Part shown: positions 57,406-64,000 of the stretch, piece after piece
How the letters are laid out: every line of letters begins with the position of its first letter
How positions within the stretch are numbered: position 1 is the first letter of the stretch
Source of the DNA: Octopus vulgaris
Taxonomy: Eukaryota
Assembly (NCBI GenBank): GCA_951406725.2
Contig: OX597815.1
Location: forward strand, 201,004,001-201,068,000
Direction of reading: 5' to 3'
DNA length: 64,000 bases
Notes under the pieces: generated by a model
What the model was told of the DNA's origin: nothing
The model's input: only the letters and a program-made list of their open reading frames with translations
Database searches by the model: none
Translations under genes and position numbers: made by a program

Positions 57406-57889
57406 AACATATCTGTTTCAACACACGACTTCACATAAAAAATCTTGCACAACAAATATATAAACCTACTATATATATATATATATATATATAAAGAAAA
57501 TAAGACGAGGTAGAAATACTTTTATCATGAAGAACATTTTAATACCAGTTTCAGTCTTTGCTACTTTTTCAATATAGAATAAAGCATCAAAAGCAATTAA
57601 ATTGCGGAAAAATTAAGTGACATGATTTAAAAAAATATTTCCATAGATTTCAAATGCAAGGGATATTTTCCGATTTTCGCTCCCTCTGTCTCTCCAATTT
57701 TGCTCTTGTGAGGGCTTGGTAGTGCAGGTAGTAGGTAACATCAATAATTTACCTTATACATATCAACTCCTTTGGTCTTTTTAACCTCCTACACACACAT
57801 ACACACACACACACACACACATACATACATACATACATACATACATACATACACACACACATATACATATATATATATATATATTATGC

Positions 57890-58205
57890 TATGTAGAAAA
57901 ATACAAACTGGGACAAGAACGTAAAACATTTAGAAGACGATACAAAAAACACGGACGGGACATTCGAAGCCTTCAATCTTCAGTCAAGAACCGGATAATC
58001 GTAGCAATTTCTGCTGATTAATCTTGAGATCGCTCCGATTCGGCCAGCCCCAAGGAAAAACTAATCTACGAGCATTAAATTTCTTGGAAGAAGGATCGAA
58101 TGTATACGAAACAGGGACAGAAAAACGGACGATGTCACACGAATATAAAATACAAAAAACAACAATGGTAAAAACAGGACAAAAACAGCGGGCGTCTTAC
58201 GACTA
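57890..58205 (+). repeat. Microsatellite-embedded interspersed repeat with an inverted partial copy at 61013-61140
   Basis: atacaaactgggacaagaacgtaaaacatttagaagacgatac...ctgattaatctt is near-identical to the reverse complement of 61013-61138. Confidence 0.85.
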
Positions 58206-58789
58206 ATATATACATACACATACATATATATAATATAGATATATGTATATATATATGTGTGTGTGTGTGTAAGTGTGTATGTATGTATGTATATATCGGT
58301 GTGCGTGTGTGTCTTTATATGTGCGAACTCACATATGCACACATATCAAGATAGACACACAGACTGATAGATAGATAGAACATAGCCATTAGTGTAGGTT
58401 AGCCACTAAAGTACAATCCCAAAAAGTCTATACTATAAGCGTTTGACCTATGATATTTGTGAACGAAGCCGAATAAGTGTCCTCTGAAGAGGACACACCC
58501 TTAAACACACCCTAAAAGCAGTCCTTCACGTATTATCAGTCCTCTTTTGCGAGCATTCATAGTCTAGGAGTAAATTGTCTACATCGGTATTATACATTTA
58601 GTGAGATTTTATCATACATTTATATTAATTCTTCGTATTTACTCTCTGATGCGCATAAATATATATAGAGATAGGATATAATATATACATACATACAAGT
58701 ATACGCACATATACACACGTACCTGTACACTCACACAGACATATACGCACATATATGTATAATTATATAGTACACTATATGTATACATG

Positions 58790-58836
<47 letters not shown>

Positions 58837-58866
58837 CTATTTATATATCTATATATATGGGTGTGC

Positions 58867-58954
<88 letters not shown>

Positions 58955-59755
58955 GTACATGCATGTATGTGTGTGATATATGTTATATCAACAGAAAAAC
59001 TTTTTTTATTGCGGCACCTGTTGCATATAAAAAGATTTCGTGCATTGTCGTAACGAGTTAACGTCAGCACGAATTCATTCATAAATTAAAACCAAAATAT
59101 TGTGCAAAAAATAATGGTAGAAATAATAAAAATATGAAGTTGCATTAACTCGGTGGTCGATTCTAACTTTCTCATTTATAATATTTCTGTACTAAAATTC
59201 CAGCAGAAGAATAAGAAAAACAAAATATTTATTTCTGGCATAAATAAATTGAACCAGCTTCTCCCTTGGTGATTTTGCTGTTTGTGTAAAAGCTTCTTAC
59301 CAATCTTATTACTCAATTAGATGAGCCAGCTTTCATATTGGTAATAAACACAGTGAACGTGTAAAGCAACTGGCTAAAATGATTTATTCACGATTTACCA
59401 AGCCGCATGGAGTCAAGAAATGTAATCACAAAAGAACATATTGGCTTCTGAGATTCAGGCATAGAATGATAAACAATAACGAGATTCCGAATAAAGAAAG
59501 TAAAATGAAAGTTAAGAAAGATTGATTTGAATGGTCACTACAGGAACGTATTAATAGTTGCATGAATATATACATGAATATATAAAAAGAATATATATAC
59601 ATATCTTAGAACCGGCAAACACACGCATATATGCATATGCGAATGTATACGTAAAATATATAAAACTATATGTACACACACACTCGCACACACACACAAA
59701 CAGTTATAAGTGTGCACATTTGTATGTATGCATGCCTCTCTTTCTCTCTATTTTA

Positions 59756-59857
<102 letters not shown>

Positions 59858-59873
59858 TGTGTGTGTGTGTGAG

Positions 59874-59919
<46 letters not shown>

Positions 59920-59926
59920 TATATAC

Positions 59927-59957
<31 letters not shown>

Positions 59958-60934
59958 TATTTATATTTATATATATAGTATATAAGTATATATAGCGAGG
60001 GATGTAGACAGGATACATTTATGTATGTATGCGTGTGAGCGTGCGTATTTTTGGGGCGTATATATTTAGACATACACACACACATATAAGTGTGTATGTC
60101 TATATGAATTTCAATGCAAATGCCTGCTTGCGTACGTTTGTGTGTGTGTGTGTGTGTGTGTGTCCGTGTGAAGACTGTGGAATATAATGAGAGCGAGAGA
60201 AAGAGAGCAAACTAACGGAAAGTGTAGAGTGTTCTATAAATGCGTATATACCTGCGCTTCGTTCTTTCTTAGGAAACATGTGAATCTACGAGTTCAAATT
60301 GAGTATTGCGTTATGAAAGGGGAAAATATATTCATACAGATCTCATTTATGGCTGTTTCAAATATAGCATATGCTAAAATGTTACACAGTCAGACATAAA
60401 TATGTATGATACATGGGTTGAACTCTCATACTACAATTTCCTGTTCACTTATTGTGAAGGAAGAAATACACTATGCAAGATAACTGATTTTTTATTCTGC
60501 ATGTAGACAGCTTGGCCGAATAACATAAATTATACCACGTTCTCCTGTCATTGTTCCTTCGAAGACATAAAAAAATAATATATCTGTATTTTGGTTCAAT
60601 TTAGAAAACAGTAGTTGCATTTGTCGAAATAAGAGGCTTTTATTAAAAGCTTACATCTGGTGTAAACACTTGCACGCCGTTGCTATACAAGTTCCATTTT
60701 CTTGTTGAGAACATTTTAAATTTATATATAACTTATTATCATAGCTTCGCTGTCACGAAGTAATCTATAGCTTTCTGAAAGATGGTTTATAACCTTCAAT
60801 ATTCCCCCCCACATAAAAATGATAAATATAATTCGGAGAAAACTAACTGACCCTCGAACCACAGCCGGGGCCCAAACAGAGACACACATATAACAAAATA
60901 CGCAGAAACAGCAATATACATACAGACAAAAATG

Positions 60935-61015
<81 letters not shown>

Positions 61016-61144
61016 ATTAATCAGCCGAAATTGCGAAGATGATCGGGTTCTTGACTGAAGATTGAAGGCTTCGAATGTCCCGTCCGTGTTTTTTGTATCG
61101 TCTTCTAAATGTTTTACGTTCTTGTCCCAGTTTGTATGTTTTAC

Positions 61145-61299
<155 letters not shown>

Positions 61300-61361
61300 T
61301 TCAAAATGAGATAAAAACCCAAGGCTGCTGTGAAGATTTTAGGACATTTATAAATAGAAGA

Positions 61362-61415
61362 TCTTACAGCTGTTTCGGATATTTATTACATCCCTTCATC
61401 TGAGACGGTGTAAGA
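61362..61415 (-). ncRNA. Minimal hammerhead-like motif at the end of a TA-flanked element (about 61295-62150)
   Basis: Minus strand UCU-CAGAUGA-ag-GGAUG uaauaaa UAUCC-GAAA-CAGCUG-UA-AGA, with a palindromic stem III and a U4A change. Confidence 0.6.
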
Positions 61416-61535
61416 ATATGGTTAAGCAATAGTTAATTTAGATAAGATACGAAGTAGAGAGTGAAGTGGAGGAATGAAAATAGATGTGAGATATGCAGGG
61501 ATAGTGCATTTGTAGATACATTATTTAGACAGAAT

Positions 61536-61579
<44 letters not shown>

Positions 61580-62173
61580 AGATTCCGATATCTTGTGAGT
61601 AAAATCCAATAGCATTTAAAATTGGTCTTTGCAAGTATAGAGTTTGTACGCAGTGCTATTGAATCAAGGGTTTTATTTAAAGCGACCTAAAAGTTGGGAA
61701 TGCATTTGTAAGGTCAAATTGAAAACGGGAGGAGAAGAATAAAGAAAAGAGAAAACAAAACGAGAAGAAAAATGAATAAAAAAGCGAAGAAAAAACAGGA
61801 AGATAGGAATAAACAAAAGAATGAAAGTAAAATGAAAAAATAAAAACAAGGAATGAAATAATAAGGGAAAGTGAACCAGGTAGTGGTCAGTCAAGATACT
61901 TTGCAAGTAAGAATGGGGAGATGAGGTTGATAGAGAGAGAAAAGTATTAGAGTGTAAAAAGATAGAAGGAATGGGGGTGAGAGAGAGAGGTATAAAAAGT
62001 AAAGGAGTGTCAGTTATGTAGTGATAGAATCTAAGTGATGGGGCAGGGAGCGAGAGGGATATTATTATGGAATGAAGAATTAAGGATTATAGATTTGGTG
62101 CTTGGACAGGTCAGTGCTTATTAATAGAAGAAAAAATATATGTGAAAAATGTATACGTATGTATATATAAGGC

Positions 62174-62224
<51 letters not shown>

Positions 62225-62399
62225 TTATACAGATCTTTATACATATCAATATCTACATACACGACTCAAACTCATATGTATATGTACAGATGTACACCCA
62301 TATATATGCGTATATCTGTATGTAGTATCGCCCCTGTATACGCAGGTATACATACCTTACATACATGCATTCACACATACACACATACATACACGCATA

Positions 62400-63762
62400 C
62401 ACAAACAGAAACCAGTTCCCTAGAGAGAAAACCACACTCATCATGCGCATCAAACGACCTAATAAAAAAATACAATTAAAATGCTCCCACATACAACATC
62501 CACATTCAAGAACAATGAAAAGGCTGGAGTTGGAAAAGCTTCATCTGCTGACCTACATGAAAACCTCCATTGAAAACCAAAGAGCTGCAGAGGAACAGTG
62601 GGTAATAAAGAAAATCAAACAGAAACCAAAAGTGTTCTTTTCATATGCAAATAAGCATAGAACCGTTGTCTCAGCCATTGGTTCTTTGATCGATGAACGC
62701 TGCATTCTCCAAGCGATGCTAAAATATGGCAGAAATGTTGCAGAAACAATACTGCTCTGTCTTTAGTGATTCCACTGATACTGACGTAAGGAATGCGAAC
62801 GAAGTCGATTCCCAACACAAAATCTCGGACATAACCTTAACTGCTACATACATCATAGCACCAATGAATGAGGTAAAGTACTATTCTGCTGTAGGCCATG
62901 GTAGATTCCCTGCTAGTCTCATAAGAGAATGTAGACATAAACTTGCAGACCCTCTGAGCAATCTCTGGAGAAATTCTTTAAACTCAGGCTATATACCAAA
63001 ACAGCTCCTATCCTAGACTGTCATCCGGGTTTTGAACTGGGAAACAGATCCCTCACAGTCAACTATCACCCAATCTCACTCACTTCTCATATCATTAAAT
63101 TGTTTGGAAGGGTAGTAAGATCAAGTATAGCTGACTTCCAGGTGAGCCACAAACACCTCAATTCAAACCAGTATACCTTTCACTGTGGCAGGGACTATCT
63201 AACACAGCTCTTACAACACATTGATAATATACTTATAGCCTTGGGAATTGGTTTGAAATCTGATGTCATGTATCTTGACTCCAGTAAAGGTTCGACAGAC
63301 TTAACCATAATATCCTACTGTCAAAACTGACAAATCTTGTAATCCGTAGAAAACTTCTAGACTGGATTGAGTATTTCCTTGTGAACAGAACACATGTTTT
63401 GGTCGATGGAATCCACTCAAGCCCCGGAAAGTTACCAGTTATTGAGCTCGCTTCTCTTATAATCTATATAAACGACATTTCCAGCATCATAGAACATAGT
63501 AAAGTGAAAACATTTACTGGAGACTCAAAGCTCCAGAGAAAAGGATCCCATTACCTTTAAAAGGGATCTGGACAGATTTCTCCAAACATTACCAGATAAT
63601 CCACCTATACCCGGATACAACACACTTACAAGGACTCCCTAATCAAATGGACCATGAAACTACAAAACATGGCTGAAAAAAGATTTAGGTTATCCTATCC
63701 GGTAGTGGTATTAATTTAGACATGGCCTGGACGAATCTTCGGTCGAAACATATCTAAGTTTA
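62400..63762 (+). pseudogene. Decayed, internally deleted relative of the 2961-7210 LINE
   Basis: NQRAAEEQWVIKKIKQKPKVFFSYA, MAEMLQKQYCSVFS, LWRNSLNSGYIPKQLLS. Same 3' end motif. Large deletion near 63540. Confidence 0.9.
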
Positions 63763-63799
63763 TATAATTATTTATATTTATATATATACATATACATAT

Positions 63800-63849
<50 letters not shown>

Positions 63850-64000
63850 CACATATCTGATATGTATACATACAATTTATGCATATAGTTTACTGTACCG
63901 TGGTCGATGAGAAAAAATTGGTGTTTCCAATAACAGATATATATTTACTATACACAAAATGTACAACCGGTTGTAAAAATTCTTGCTTGCAAATTAGTCT

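Noticed and set aside
61020-61085. GAAA...CUGAAGA motifs in the 57890/61013 repeat
   Set aside because: I could not form consistent stems I to III.

Overview
AT-rich, microsatellite-saturated eukaryotic DNA. The SINE families and repeat landscape suggest a coleoid cephalopod such as Octopus (inference). No confident host protein-coding gene was found, and nearly all short ORFs in the track are microsatellite artefacts. The window is a transposon pile-up: a near-intact 5'-truncated CR1-group LINE (2961-7210), decayed relatives, Penelope-like GIY-YIG fragments, R4/Dong-like fragments in (TAA)n, a HERO-like element, a full-length decayed mariner and three tRNA-derived SINE families. Two observations stand out. 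(1) The LINE ORF1/ORF2 overlap carries an in-phase U_UUU_UUA slippery heptamer with an open -1 frame and downstream stems, while ORF2 has no usable AUG, suggesting a retrovirus-like -1 frameshift. (2) About a dozen short elements, mostly in or beside (TA)n/(CA)n tracts and several as foldbacks, carry minimal hammerhead-ribozyme motifs whose core 3-8 pair varies across C-G, U-A, A-U and possibly G-C. All alignments and folds were done by eye.
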